Shown piece by piece: positions 45,715 to 56,285 of a stretch of 64,000 nt of DNA; within the stretch, counting starts at the first letter, position 1; every line of letters starts with the position of its first letter. Source of the DNA: an uncultured Pseudomonadota bacterium. Its GTDB lineage: Bacteria > Pseudomonadota > Alphaproteobacteria > RF32 > CAG-239. The stretch covers positions 37,878 to 101,877 of the forward strand of contig CABUUO010000004.1 in assembly GCA_902494875.1 (NCBI GenBank), in the 5' to 3' direction. The translations under genes and the position numbers were made by a program. The notes beneath the pieces were generated by a model. It made no database searches. It worked only from the letters and a program-made list of their open reading frames with translations, and had not been told where the DNA came from.

Positions 45715-47103
45715 TTAGTCTTTGTCTTTATACGGATTACCCGTTTTGCGTACCGTCATCCGGATCGGAATTCCCCCCATGTCAAAAGTTTCTCTGAGGT
45801 TGTTTACCAGATAACGCAAATACGCGTCCGGCAACCCTTCAGGGTTGCTCGAAAAAATAAAAAATGCCGGCGGTCTGGTTTTGGCTTGCGTAATATAACG
45901 CAGCTTAATCCGACGGTTGTTTTTACCGAGCGGCGGCGGATAGTTGTCAATCATGTCGCCGAACCATTTATTCAGCGGTGCGGTCGGAATTCGAATGTTC
46001 CAGCGGTCATAAACCTTGAATACTGCTCGCATCAGCTTGTCCAGTCCTTCGCCTTTGAGGGCGGAAATCGTAACCGTCGGAACCCCTTCGGCCTGTGTGA
46101 GCGATGTTTTGAGCTTATAGTTAAGCTGTTCGATCGCTTCCCTGCGGTTGGCAATATCCCATTTATTGACGGCAATAACCAAAGCGCGGCCTTCGTCCAA
46201 AACCTGACGGGCAATGGTCAGATCCTGCTTGTCGAGTACGGCGTCTGCATCCAAAACCAATACCACGACTTGCGCCAGAAAAGCGGCGCGTTTGGTGCTC
46301 GCAGCCGACATCTTTTCCAGTGAATCCGAAATTTTTGACTGTTTACGCAGACCCGCTGTATCCACCAGATTGATTTTTCTTCCCTGATATTCCCAAGCGC
46401 TGGCAATAGCGTCGCGCGTAACGCCGGCTTCAGGACCGGTCAGCATTCTTTCGTCTTTCAGCAGCGCATTGACCAGTGTGGATTTGCCGACATTGGGGCG
46501 CCCGACGATAGCCAGTTGAATTGTACGCTTTTTCCAGGCTTCTTCGCTGATTTCTTCAGTGCCGTTGTCTTCATTTCCGTCAGTTTCTGCCGTCGGAATC
46601 GCTTCGTCTTTTTTATAATGCTCGTGCAGAGCTTCATACAAATCCTGCAAACCCAGACCGTGTTCCGCCGAAAAGGGGATTGGCTGGCCGAAACCGAGCT
46701 TATAGGCTTCACCTATGCTGTCTTCTTGCAATTTTCCTTCGCATTTGTTGGCCAGCAAAATCACCGGTTTATGCATTTGTCGCAGCAATTGGGCAAAATG
46801 TTCGTCATAAGGCTGCAAACCGTCACGTGCGTCAAACAAAAACAGGCAGACATCGGCGTCGCTTATTGCGCGTTTGGTTTGCTCCCACATTCTTTTTTCC
46901 AAATTGTCTTCTTTGGAATATTCATATCCGGCCGTATCAATAATCTGCAAGTTCATATCCCGCAATTTAGCACTGGTTTCTCTTCGGTCGCGCGTAACGC
47001 CGGGTTTGTCGTGCACAATGGCCACTCTGCGTCCGGCCAGTCGATTGAACAACGTTGATTTGCCGACATTAGGGCGTCCGATTATGGCTACTTTAAGCGT
47101 CAT
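45715..47103 (-). CDS. der: ribosome-associated GTPase Der/EngA
   Basis: Two tandem G domains (GRPNVGKST twice, DTAG twice, NKCE/NKWD) plus a KH-like C-terminus. Confidence 0.95.
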   Translation of the reverse strand: MTLKVAIIGRPNVGKSTLFNRLAGRRVAIVHDKPGVTRDRRETSAKLRDMNLQIIDTAGYEYSKEDNLEKRMWEQTKRAISDADVCLFLFDARDGLQPYDEHFAQLLRQMHKPVILLANKCEGKLQEDSIGEAYKLGFGQPIPFSAEHGLGLQDLYEALHEHYKKDEAIPTAETDGNEDNGTEEISEEAWKKRTIQLAIVGRPNVGKSTLVNALLKDERMLTGPEAGVTRDAIASAWEYQGRKINLVDTAGLRKQSKISDSLEKMSAASTKRAAFLAQVVVLVLDADAVLDKQDLTIARQVLDEGRALVIAVNKWDIANRREAIEQLNYKLKTSLTQAEGVPTVTISALKGEGLDKLMRAVFKVYDRWNIRIPTAPLNKWFGDMIDNYPPPLGKNNRRIKLRYITQAKTRPPAFFIFSSNPEGLPDAYLRYLVNNLRETFDMGGIPIRMTVRKTGNPYKDKD

Positions 47104-47123
47104 GATATCTGTTCCTGTTTCCT

Positions 47124-48458
47124 TTATTTATAGGCAATGATATCCGCGTCATTGGTCGTAAAGACCGTAATGCCGCCGGCAACGACGGGAGAGACCTCAA
47201 CGCCGTCGGACAACGTGATATAACCGAGAATTTTTCCGTCATACGGAGAAACGGCAAAAACATATCCGTTAGACGTGCTGACAATCAGGCGATTGCTGGT
47301 CAGAACCGGGCCGTTGGCAAAAAGTCCGGCGCGGTTGTCTTCGTCGATGTTGACCGGAATGTTGGTGTTCCAGACAATTTTTCCGCTGCTTTTTTCCATG
47401 GCGATCAGGTCAAAATCGCTGCTCAGGACATACAGGTATTTTCCGGCGATCCAAGGTTGATTGATGCCGCCGATTTCTCTTTCCCAAATGCGGTTTCCGC
47501 TTCTGAGGTCAATGGCCGTCAGTATGTTGCTGTGGCCTAAGGCATAGACCACATCGCCGTCGATGACCGGACTGGCTTTGATGCCGTTGATATTAGCCAG
47601 CGTATTGGTTCTTCTTCTTGTTACCAGTAAATCACTCCACAGCGAGGATCCGGTGCTGGCTTTGAAAGCTCTAAGCTCTCCGGTCGAAAACGCTGCGATA
47701 ACCACGTCTTGTTCCGGATCGTAAGCCGGGCTGGCGCCGCCGACCAGCGTCGTCGCCTCGGTCGAAGTTTTGTAGCGCCACAGTTCTTTGCCGTTTTCGG
47801 CGTCAAGAGCAATCAAAGAATTTTCTATTGTCTGCACAAAAACCTTTCCGGCCGCAACCGTCGGGGCGATTCTGATCGGAGACGGTTCGTCAAAGCGCCA
47901 TATTTGTTTTCCGGTTTTCATATCCAAAGCAAATACGCCGCCAAATCCGGTCGTAACATAAATTTTATGGTTAAATTCGGCCAGTCCTGCACCTTTCATC
48001 GAAACGTCGCGCTCGTCTTTGTTCAGCGGTTTGACCCGTTTGGACCATATCTCATCGCCATCGTCCAGTCGGAAAGCCCGAACTTCGGCATCTGCGTCAA
48101 TGGTAAAAACCACATTGTAGGCGATAACTGGTGCCGCCAGCAGATAATCTCGTTTGGAATTCCCTTCGCCGAAACCGCTTTTCCAAAATTTCTTCAGTTT
48201 GCTTCCGGCCTGCAAATGCCCCATCATATGAATGGAATTACCGCCGGTTTGGCTCCATTTGGCATTGGTATGGGGTTTGGGAAGCTTAATCTTAACTTCG
48301 TTCGCCTCAAAGTCCGGCGCCAGCATGGCCGATTCTCTCAATACGGCGATTCTCTCGCCGTCCAGCTGAACTTTGTCTTTGCTGAACAGTCCGCATGCCG
48401 AAAGGGCGATCGCCAGACCGCATACCGCTAATCTTTTATAGTTCCTGAAATTCATCAA
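47124..48458 (-). CDS. bamB: outer membrane protein assembly factor BamB (PQQ-like beta-propeller lipoprotein)
   Basis: Lipobox LSAC. Repeated propeller blades (G.V.A.D...G...W). Conserved position upstream of der. Confidence 0.85.
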   Translation of the reverse strand: MMNFRNYKRLAVCGLAIALSACGLFSKDKVQLDGERIAVLRESAMLAPDFEANEVKIKLPKPHTNAKWSQTGGNSIHMMGHLQAGSKLKKFWKSGFGEGNSKRDYLLAAPVIAYNVVFTIDADAEVRAFRLDDGDEIWSKRVKPLNKDERDVSMKGAGLAEFNHKIYVTTGFGGVFALDMKTGKQIWRFDEPSPIRIAPTVAAGKVFVQTIENSLIALDAENGKELWRYKTSTEATTLVGGASPAYDPEQDVVIAAFSTGELRAFKASTGSSLWSDLLVTRRRTNTLANINGIKASPVIDGDVVYALGHSNILTAIDLRSGNRIWEREIGGINQPWIAGKYLYVLSSDFDLIAMEKSSGKIVWNTNIPVNIDEDNRAGLFANGPVLTSNRLIVSTSNGYVFAVSPYDGKILGYITLSDGVEVSPVVAGGITVFTTNDADIIAYK

Positions 48459-48479
48459 AAGTCTTCCTTATGGTTTAAT

Positions 48480-49190
48480 TTATTTTTTATTGTCTTTTTG
48501 AGCCTGCTCCAAAACGTTGAGCATATCCTGTGCGCGAGCTTTCAGCGTATCGGAAGTGTTTTGTGCCACGCTGATTTCCTGATACAGGTTCTTGGCCGTT
48601 TCCAGGTCGTTGTCTCGGACGGCCAGCATGGCCAGCATTTCTTTGGCAATATTGGTCCATGTGTTTTCCTGAGCGACAAAAGGATTCAGCATCGTCTTAA
48701 TTTCGTCGCTTGGCGCATAATCCAGTTTGAAAGATGCCAGTTTGATAACGGCCACGTCTTTCATTTGCGGGTTAAAGTCTTTGTCGGCCGTAACCTTTTC
48801 CAAAAGGGCCAGCGCTTCGGTAACTTTGCCCCGCTCCAGCAGAACATTGGCCTTCTGAATTTCGGCCACGTCGGAATAAATGCCTTTTTTAGCTTTGGTC
48901 AGATTGTTCAGCACTTCCATGGCTTCGGCATAGCGGCCCTGATTTTGCAGGTTAAGCGCATAGGCGTATGCATCGGAAAACTCCTGATTGCGTTTTTCCT
49001 GCCAGGATTTAAATGTTTCAAAGCTGACGGCGGCGGATATGGCGATGACAACAAACAGAATGATGAACAATCCGTATTTGTCCCATAATTTTTTCAGATG
49101 CTCGTTTTTCAGCTCTTCGTCGATTTCGCGGATAAAAGCGTCTTCAAAGTCATTATGCTTTTCCGGTTCTTTTTTCTTCTTCATTGTCAT
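48480..49190 (-). CDS. membrane-anchored TPR-like protein, YfgM family-like
   Basis: N-terminal TM helix followed by TPR-like helices. Sits in the conserved yfgM-bamB-der arrangement. Confidence 0.6.
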   Translation of the reverse strand: MTMKKKKEPEKHNDFEDAFIREIDEELKNEHLKKLWDKYGLFIILFVVIAISAAVSFETFKSWQEKRNQEFSDAYAYALNLQNQGRYAEAMEVLNNLTKAKKGIYSDVAEIQKANVLLERGKVTEALALLEKVTADKDFNPQMKDVAVIKLASFKLDYAPSDEIKTMLNPFVAQENTWTNIAKEMLAMLAVRDNDLETAKNLYQEISVAQNTSDTLKARAQDMLNVLEQAQKDNKK

Positions 49191-49322
49191 CTTCTCCTCT
49201 GACCATAATCTTAATATTTCTTATATTTATAATGTAAAACGCATATATAGCAAAGAAATTATTCCAAACATTACCAACTTTTATCGCTCTGGGCGATGCT
49301 TGTGCTTTAATATATTCCCTTA

Positions 49323-50495
49323 TCAGTCTTTGACAATCTCGTTAATCAGAAACTTTTTAACCCATTTGAGGTCGCTGATCGGCAGCTTTTTCCCGTAAAT
49401 GATGGTTTTGTTGTCGGAAATAATGGCCACAAAATAACGTTCGGTCGCCGGATTGAACGTAACGTCCACCGATTCTATTTCGTCTTTTCTGATTTCGTCG
49501 TGCTTGATGGAAAACAGCATATATTTGTATGTATTGACGATTTTATCTTTTTTGACCACCAGTTTGTCCTTGCGGAACAGAACGAATATGGCGGTTGTCA
49601 GGCCGACGGCCTCAACCGCGTAAAAGGCTGCCAGTGCCGTAGCGGAAAAGTTTTGGGCGCCGAAACTGACGATAAAGCCGACGATGGCGAATATAAATAT
49701 AAAGAACCAAGCGATGAGATTATAGGCGTCCCAAATGATTTTGCGGGTTTTGATAATGGTTTTGTCCGGTTTGCGTGTAACAGCCACGCAAGAGGACGGT
49801 TTGGTGTTTTCATTGAATTTCTTTTTCAAATCCCAGACCTCGCTCATTTCCCGAAGCGTTTTGTTCAGGTCGGCAACTTCGCGTTTAACCAGTCCCTCGT
49901 CGGTGTAAATCATGGTCGGCAGGTTAAGTTTGCGGGCATAGTCTTCCCATGTTTTGCGAACGTTGTTTTCTGAAGTTGAAATGTACAGCGGAACGATTTT
50001 CTTGGGATTTTTGTGATATAATTCTATAATATATTTGTTTTTGTTCATAAATCCGCATTGGAAAAATTCGATTCTTAACATAACGCCGTCATAGTTCTGA
50101 ATGTTTTCACGGAAGGTTTTCTTTTTGCCGATGGCCGGTCTCTGAATCATGGTTACGGATTTGCCGTCAAAATATATCTTCTTGTAGCGCAGATGAGACA
50201 AAAGCAGAGAAATGACAATGCCGGCACCGAGAAGCATCAGCACCGCATCAAAGAACCATGGGCTGACAAAGGAGTCATATTCGGCGCCGGCGTCAAGCAG
50301 CAGCTTGTCAAACAGGGGCTGGCTGTTGTTGCTGCCGTTAATGAACTCAAACAGTCCCAGACAGAACAGGGCGGCGCCCAAAAACAGGCCCGGCAACAGA
50401 ATGTAAAGGTTCAGCCGGTCGGATTCTTTGGACGGAAGCTTGTCGATGTTGAGTCTGAAGTTGTTGCTGAAATGTTTGGGAATGTTCCTGTTCAT
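49323..50495 (-). CDS. hypothetical membrane protein with duplicated (TM hairpin + soluble module) architecture
   Basis: TM1-TM2, ~100-aa soluble module, linker, TM3-TM4, ~85-aa soluble module. AT-rich coding sequence. Confidence 0.55.
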   Translation of the reverse strand: MNRNIPKHFSNNFRLNIDKLPSKESDRLNLYILLPGLFLGAALFCLGLFEFINGSNNSQPLFDKLLLDAGAEYDSFVSPWFFDAVLMLLGAGIVISLLLSHLRYKKIYFDGKSVTMIQRPAIGKKKTFRENIQNYDGVMLRIEFFQCGFMNKNKYIIELYHKNPKKIVPLYISTSENNVRKTWEDYARKLNLPTMIYTDEGLVKREVADLNKTLREMSEVWDLKKKFNENTKPSSCVAVTRKPDKTIIKTRKIIWDAYNLIAWFFIFIFAIVGFIVSFGAQNFSATALAAFYAVEAVGLTTAIFVLFRKDKLVVKKDKIVNTYKYMLFSIKHDEIRKDEIESVDVTFNPATERYFVAIISDNKTIIYGKKLPISDLKWVKKFLINEIVKD

Positions 50496-50586
50496 AATTA
50501 ATAATCCTCAATGTCAATATCGGGAAACCAATTCTCTATAGCGCATAGTATAATATTTTTTTCAAATAATCATCATTTTTTTGTAA

Positions 50587-50598
50587 AATTAATTTAAG
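50587..50598. repeat. direct repeat copy 1 (AATTAATTTAAG)
   Basis: Perfect 12-mer repeated at 50640-50651 in the divergent promoter region. Confidence 0.6.
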
Positions 50599-50639
50599 CT
50601 TTAATTTATATTAACGATATCAATATAATCTGTTGCCAG

Positions 50640-50651
50640 AATTAATTTAAG
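50640..50651. repeat. direct repeat copy 2 (AATTAATTTAAG)
   Basis: Perfect 12-mer, 53 bp after copy 1 and 19 nt upstream of the diguanylate cyclase ATG. Confidence 0.6.
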
Positions 50652-50669
50652 TGTGAAGGATGTCATATA

Positions 50670-52415
50670 ATGGGAAGTATCGGTATTTTTAGCAGCACTT
50701 CAAATGTGATTTTAACAGTTCTGTCGTTGATTCTGTTATTTGGCGCTTGCATTTATGCCTCGGTCGGAACCAAGCTTGGTCGTGGTGTCTGGCTGCTTTT
50801 CTGGGGATTGACGGTCGAGTTTGTGGCCGTGGTCATCAGTTGGCAGACCATGCGCCTTTATTCTCAGGGCGCGCCGATTGAAGGCTGGGTTTTTGTCGAG
50901 TTGTTTTTCAACCTGATTTCGATGATTCTTTTGGCAATGGCCGCTTCTCAGATATTGGTCAACAACATTCCCGATATGCCGGTAATCAGCATTTTCGGTG
51001 CCGTTGGCCTGATTGCAATTATTTATTTCATTTTTATTTCTCCGGACGGCTATATGGTTGCCAATATGCGCCAGATTTTCCCGATTACCGGTTTTGCTTA
51101 TATTTCCGTCAGCTTTTTGAGTCAGATTCACCAGAAACATCACGGCGGTTTCATCTTCGCCGGACTGGTAACGACTTCAGTTGCTGTTATTCTGGCTCTG
51201 AAAATGTTTGGCGTGGAATATTTTGTCTCGGTTGCCTGGTATGTTCCGATTGTGGTCTATTTGCTTTTAAGCATTGCGCTGGTTATGATGAAAGGCGATT
51301 TTTACGCAAAAAAATGGGCGGAAAGCCAGCTTGAAATTGAAAAATACAACCGTCGGATTGAAGAAATTATCAAGTCTTCTCCGTTTCCGATTATCATTTC
51401 GCGCTTGAGCGACGATCGTATTATTTTGGCCAATACCAATGCCATTAAACTTTTCGGCATTCGTCAGGAAGAGCTGGAACGCTATCGCCTGAAAGATTTC
51501 TTTGCCGATTCTGAAAACCGCCGCCTCTTAAACGAGCGTCTGGAGCAGGAACGGGAGGTTCAGGATTTTGAAGTCCTGGTCAAAACCCCGAGCGGAGACA
51601 CGCCGTTTTGGTTGCTGACTTCGGCCAACATCATCGACTATAACTACGATGTTGCTCTGTATGCGGCTTTTCAGGACATCACATCCCGCAAAAACCGAGA
51701 GGTTCTGCTCAAAAACCAGGCCATCCGCGATCCGCTGACTTCGCTGTTTAACCGCCGCTATTTTGAAGACGAGGTTTATAAGCGCATTCTGGCTTCCAAG
51801 GCGGAACGCCAGCCCTACAGCGTATTGATGATTGATGCCGACCATTTCAAAAATGTTAATGACACATATGGGCACAAGACCGGTGATAAGGTTCTGATCG
51901 AACTGGCTTCTACCTGTGAGCGTGCGCTGCGCGACGTGGATATTGTGGCTCGCTACGGCGGTGAGGAATTTGTTATCTATCTGGCTGGCGTCAATGCCAA
52001 AAAAGCCAAAACCGTGGCCGACCGCCTGCGTGAGACGATTTCCGAAATTGTGGTCCATTCGGACGAAGGTGACGAGGTTCGCTTTACGGTCAGTATCGGT
52101 ATTTCTTCCTTTGAAGTTTCTGATAACATTGATACCCTGATCAAGACCGCCGACGAAGCCTTGTACAAAGCCAAGGAAAACGGCCGCAACCGCGTCGAGG
52201 TCTTCAACAAGGAAGAGCTTGAGGCCTTTGACAACAAGGAAACGCAGGAACGAATTAAAAATGAAGTCAATAACCGTCATCCGATTTTTGATAAGGAAGA
52301 AAACGAGGAAATATCTCTGCTGGACGGCATCGAGGCCAAACATATCCAGTCGGAAAATCCGAAAATCGAAGATGACAGCGTTTTAATCGGCGTCGATGCC
52401 GAAGATTTGAAATAG
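50670..52415 (+). CDS. membrane sensor diguanylate cyclase (multi-TM + PAS + GGDEF)
   Basis: About 6-7 N-terminal TM helices, a PAS-like segment, and a GGDEF domain with GGEEF active site and an RxxD I-site (RDVD) 5 residues upstream. Confidence 0.85.
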   Translation: MGSIGIFSSTSNVILTVLSLILLFGACIYASVGTKLGRGVWLLFWGLTVEFVAVVISWQTMRLYSQGAPIEGWVFVELFFNLISMILLAMAASQILVNNIPDMPVISIFGAVGLIAIIYFIFISPDGYMVANMRQIFPITGFAYISVSFLSQIHQKHHGGFIFAGLVTTSVAVILALKMFGVEYFVSVAWYVPIVVYLLLSIALVMMKGDFYAKKWAESQLEIEKYNRRIEEIIKSSPFPIIISRLSDDRIILANTNAIKLFGIRQEELERYRLKDFFADSENRRLLNERLEQEREVQDFEVLVKTPSGDTPFWLLTSANIIDYNYDVALYAAFQDITSRKNREVLLKNQAIRDPLTSLFNRRYFEDEVYKRILASKAERQPYSVLMIDADHFKNVNDTYGHKTGDKVLIELASTCERALRDVDIVARYGGEEFVIYLAGVNAKKAKTVADRLRETISEIVVHSDEGDEVRFTVSIGISSFEVSDNIDTLIKTADEALYKAKENGRNRVEVFNKEELEAFDNKETQERIKNEVNNRHPIFDKEENEEISLLDGIEAKHIQSENPKIEDDSVLIGVDAEDLK

Positions 52416-52422
52416 GAACAAA

Positions 52423-53556
52423 ATGGACTGTGCTTTCAGTGAAAAATGCGGCGGCTGTGTGTATCGCCATCTTTCGTCTGAAGAATATCAGGAGCGAAAA
52501 CGCCGCGCGGTTTTAACCATTCTGCACAATCTGCAGGCGCAGGATTTTCGTTTTGCCGAACCGTTTTTTGTCGGTGACGGGCAAAGGCGCCGGGCGACCT
52601 TTGCTTTTCAGATGAAAAAAGGAAGGCTTTCTTTCGGTTTTAATGTTCGTGCCGGCAGCGAGATTATCAATATAGACCGCTGCTGTCTGTTAACGCCGGG
52701 AATCAACCGGGGGTTGGCGGGGCTGCGGAAACTGGCCGCCGCCGTTTGTGCCGTAAAGACGTTTTCCGTTTCTAAGGGGCGCAAAACGACGCCGGTTTTC
52801 GTAACCGCCGGAGACGTTTCCGTAACCGAAGCCGATAACGGTCTGGACGTGGTGCTGGAGTTTGACGCGGAGCTCAATCTGGATTACCGGATGGAAATTT
52901 TTGAGCTCAGTCAGCAGCTTGACAATGTTATTCGCATCTCGCACCGCCGCCGGCCGGGCGCTGTGCCGGAAGCGGTTGTCGAAAAGACAAAACCGGTCAT
53001 CGGTATTGCCGGATATGAAGTCCTTATTCCTGCCGGAACCTTTTTGCAGGCATCGGCGCTTTCCGAAAAAGTGTTGATTGATACGGTGTTGAAGTATGCG
53101 GGGAATGCCGGTGGAAAAATTGCCGATCTGTTTTGCGGCGTCGGAACCTTTTCCTACCCGTTGTCGCGGTTGCCCGGAACCGGAATTTTGGCCGTGGATT
53201 CGTCGGCTGAGCTGCTGGAAGGGTTTCGTCGTTCCGTTAACAAAAATATGATTTCCAATATTGATATCGCGACCCGAAATTTGTTTAAATATCCGCTGGA
53301 CGAGAAGGAATTAAACGGTTTTGACCTTGTCGTTTTTGATCCGCCGCGGGCAGGCGCCCGCGCGCAGGTGCAGAAAATCGCGGCGATGGGAGCTTCCGCG
53401 CCGGCCAGGGTTGTTGCCGTTTCCTGCAATCCGCACAGCTTTGTCAGCGATGCCAATCTGCTGATTTCCGGAGGTTACCGCCTGGAAGAAATCACGCTTG
53501 TCGATCAGTTCAGCTATTCTAATCACAGTGAGCTTGTTGCCCTGTTTACAAAATAA
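52423..53556 (+). CDS. RumA/TrmA-family SAM-dependent RNA (uracil-5-)-methyltransferase
   Basis: N-terminal Cys cluster (CGGC), SAM motif DLFCGVGTF, VFDPPRAG, catalytic SCNP. Confidence 0.8.
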   Translation: MDCAFSEKCGGCVYRHLSSEEYQERKRRAVLTILHNLQAQDFRFAEPFFVGDGQRRRATFAFQMKKGRLSFGFNVRAGSEIINIDRCCLLTPGINRGLAGLRKLAAAVCAVKTFSVSKGRKTTPVFVTAGDVSVTEADNGLDVVLEFDAELNLDYRMEIFELSQQLDNVIRISHRRRPGAVPEAVVEKTKPVIGIAGYEVLIPAGTFLQASALSEKVLIDTVLKYAGNAGGKIADLFCGVGTFSYPLSRLPGTGILAVDSSAELLEGFRRSVNKNMISNIDIATRNLFKYPLDEKELNGFDLVVFDPPRAGARAQVQKIAAMGASAPARVVAVSCNPHSFVSDANLLISGGYRLEEITLVDQFSYSNHSELVALFTK

Positions 53557-53609
53557 AAGGGAACTTATATAGTGACGATATATTCATTGTTTTAAGGACA
53601 AATAGGTTT

Positions 53610-54254
53610 ATGCTTAAAAAGTTTCTGCCGGTTTTAATGATTGTTTTGCTCGGCGGCTGTGCCGAAACGCCGGACAGGCTCTGTCCGCTGGTTACCCTCA
53701 GCCGTGAAAATTCGCGTCTGATACAAAAAGTAAATTATCAGGATGATTTCGAAGTTGAGTTCAAGGGCTATGAAGGCTATTGTTTTTATGACAAGCGCGT
53801 CAACCGCGAGAAAGCCCGCATTACGCCGATTTTTGTCGTGACCAAACTGCGCAAAACCGATGAAAGCGACGTGCATTTCAGCTGGTTTACCGAGACGCTT
53901 AAAGGGCCGCCGGAATATTTGGGCCGCCGGGATTATTTTACCGGGACCACCTTGCCTCAGGGGGTGCGCAGCAAAGAGTTTCGGGGACAATCCGTTGAAT
54001 TGAAAATTCCCGATTATATGAAATATGAATTTGAAATCAATGCCGGGCTGAACCTGTCAAAAGAAGAAAAAAAGTATAACCGGCGGATATTTGATGTCGA
54101 TTTTGAATATTATGAAGGCAGCCCGCAGCCGGAAAAGCCGGCAGTGAAGCTCAAGGTTTATCCGCAGGAAGTCTATGAAGACGGAACCCCCGTTGACGTA
54201 AAATATTATCAGCCTGCGCCTCAAGAGCAAAACGGCTGTTTGGGCTGCGATTAG
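53610..54254 (+). CDS. hypothetical lipoprotein
   Basis: Signal peptide with lipobox LLGGC. No other recognisable motif. Confidence 0.55.
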   Translation: MLKKFLPVLMIVLLGGCAETPDRLCPLVTLSRENSRLIQKVNYQDDFEVEFKGYEGYCFYDKRVNREKARITPIFVVTKLRKTDESDVHFSWFTETLKGPPEYLGRRDYFTGTTLPQGVRSKEFRGQSVELKIPDYMKYEFEINAGLNLSKEEKKYNRRIFDVDFEYYEGSPQPEKPAVKLKVYPQEVYEDGTPVDVKYYQPAPQEQNGCLGCD

Positions 54255-54289
54255 TGTGTTTTTTTATCTTGCAATCAGGGAGATGTTTA

Positions 54290-56272
54290 ATGAAACTAGG
54301 CAAATCAGAACAGTCTATACGCAAAATGGCCGATGCCATTCGTTTTCTCAGCGCTGACGCCATTGAGAAGTCCAAATCCGGTCATCCGGGAATGCCTTTG
54401 GGCATGGCCGATGTCGCCGCCGTCCTCTTTTCAAAGGTTATTAAGCTTAATCCGGCGGCGCCGCGCTGGTTTGACCGCGACCGTTTCGTCCTTTCCGCCG
54501 GGCATGGTTCAATGCTGATGTATTCGCTTTTGTATCTGATGGGATACAAGGATATTTCCCTTGATGATATCAAAAACTTCCGCCAGCTCGGAGCCAAAAC
54601 TGCCGGCCATCCGGAATACGGACACCTTCAGGGCATTGATATGACTACCGGCCCGCTGGGGCAGGGCATCAGTTCCGCTGTCGGTATGGCTATTGCCGAA
54701 CGCGTTATTGCCGCCAAATACGGTGAAGATGTCTGCAATCACTATACCTATGTCATTAACGGCGACGGCTGCCTGATGGAAGGCATTTCCGAAGAGGCGG
54801 TTTCTTTGGCCGGTCACCTGAAACTGAACAAGCTGATCGTCCTTTGGGACAACAATAATATTACGATTGACGGTACGGTGGACAAGGCCAGTTCAGTCGA
54901 CCAGATCAAACGCTTTGAAGCCGTCGGCTGGAACACGATTGAAATTGACGGACACAATTACGGCGAAATAGAAAAAGCTCTGCGTAAGGCGCAAAAATCC
55001 AAAAAACCGACCCTGATTGCCTGTAAAACCAAAATCGGTTTCGGCGCACCAAACAAGTGCGGTACCAGCAAATGCCACGGTTCGCCGCTCGGCGCCGAGG
55101 AAATTGCCGCCATGCGCAAATTTTTGGATTGGAACTATGAGCCGTTTGTCGTTCCTGCGGACATCTTAAAAGACTGGCGCGACGCCGCTTCCCGCAATGC
55201 CGGGGAGTATGCCGATTGGCAGAAGCGCGCCAAGGCCAAAGGAAAGGCGTTTTTGGACCTGATTGAAAACAAACTGCCCAAAAACTGGGACAAAGAGTTG
55301 AATCTCCTGAAGGAAAAGGCCATCGCCGAACAGACCAAAGTCGCCACCCGCAAGGCTTCGCAGATGTGTCTGGAAAAAATTGTGCCGAACGTTCCCGAAA
55401 TCATCGGCGGTTCGGCGGATCTGGCCGCTTCCAACCTGACTTTTGTCGAAGGCATGAAGACCATTACCGCCGAAGACTATAACGGCAACAACATTATGTA
55501 CGGCATCAGGGAACATGCCATGGGCGCAATAATGAACGGTTTGGCGCTGCACGGCGGCGTAATCCCCTATGGCGGCACATTCTTTGTTTTTTCCGATTAT
55601 ATGCGGCCGGCCATGCGTCTGGCGGCGCTGATGGGCTTGCGGACAATTTATGTTCTGACTCACGATTCCATCGGCGTCGGCGAAGACGGGCCGACCCATC
55701 AGCCGGTGGAACATCTTGCTTCTTACCGCGCTATGCCGAACATTTATACTTTCCGCCCCTGTGACGTGGTTGAAACGGCCGAAGCCTGGCAGATTGCCGT
55801 TGAGAGCGAAAATACGCCGAGCATTCTGGCGCTGACCCGTCAGGGATTGCCTCTGTTGCGCACGTCTGCCGAAGAAAATCTCACTCGCAGAGGCGGCTAT
55901 GTGATTTCTGACGTTGCCAAGGGCAAAAAACGCAAAGCGACGATTATTGCCACCGGTTCGGAAGTTTCTTTGGCCGTAGAGGCGCAGAGACAGTTGCGGG
56001 AAGAAGGTATTGAAACTGCCGTCGTGTCCATGCCATGCGCGGAATTGTTTGACGCGCAGGATGTTTCCTATCAGGAAGATGTGCTGGGAGCGGCGCCGCG
56101 TATTGCCGTTGAAGCCGCTTCAAAATTCGGTTGGGAACGGTATGTCGGTCTTAACGGCGACATCATCGGCATGGATGGCTTCGGAGCCTCCGGTCCTGCG
56201 GAAGAGCTTTATAAATATTTCGGAATTACGGTAGACGAGGTGGTTGACGCTGTCAAGAACTGTCTCAAATAG
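54290..56272 (+). CDS. tkt: transketolase
   Basis: SGHPGMPLGMAD and the ThDP motif GDGCLMEG. Start moved to ATG 54290 behind AGGGAG. Confidence 0.95.
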   Translation: MKLGKSEQSIRKMADAIRFLSADAIEKSKSGHPGMPLGMADVAAVLFSKVIKLNPAAPRWFDRDRFVLSAGHGSMLMYSLLYLMGYKDISLDDIKNFRQLGAKTAGHPEYGHLQGIDMTTGPLGQGISSAVGMAIAERVIAAKYGEDVCNHYTYVINGDGCLMEGISEEAVSLAGHLKLNKLIVLWDNNNITIDGTVDKASSVDQIKRFEAVGWNTIEIDGHNYGEIEKALRKAQKSKKPTLIACKTKIGFGAPNKCGTSKCHGSPLGAEEIAAMRKFLDWNYEPFVVPADILKDWRDAASRNAGEYADWQKRAKAKGKAFLDLIENKLPKNWDKELNLLKEKAIAEQTKVATRKASQMCLEKIVPNVPEIIGGSADLAASNLTFVEGMKTITAEDYNGNNIMYGIREHAMGAIMNGLALHGGVIPYGGTFFVFSDYMRPAMRLAALMGLRTIYVLTHDSIGVGEDGPTHQPVEHLASYRAMPNIYTFRPCDVVETAEAWQIAVESENTPSILALTRQGLPLLRTSAEENLTRRGGYVISDVAKGKKRKATIIATGSEVSLAVEAQRQLREEGIETAVVSMPCAELFDAQDVSYQEDVLGAAPRIAVEAASKFGWERYVGLNGDIIGMDGFGASGPAEELYKYFGITVDEVVDAVKNCLK

Positions 56273-56285
56273 TTTCCTAATACAA

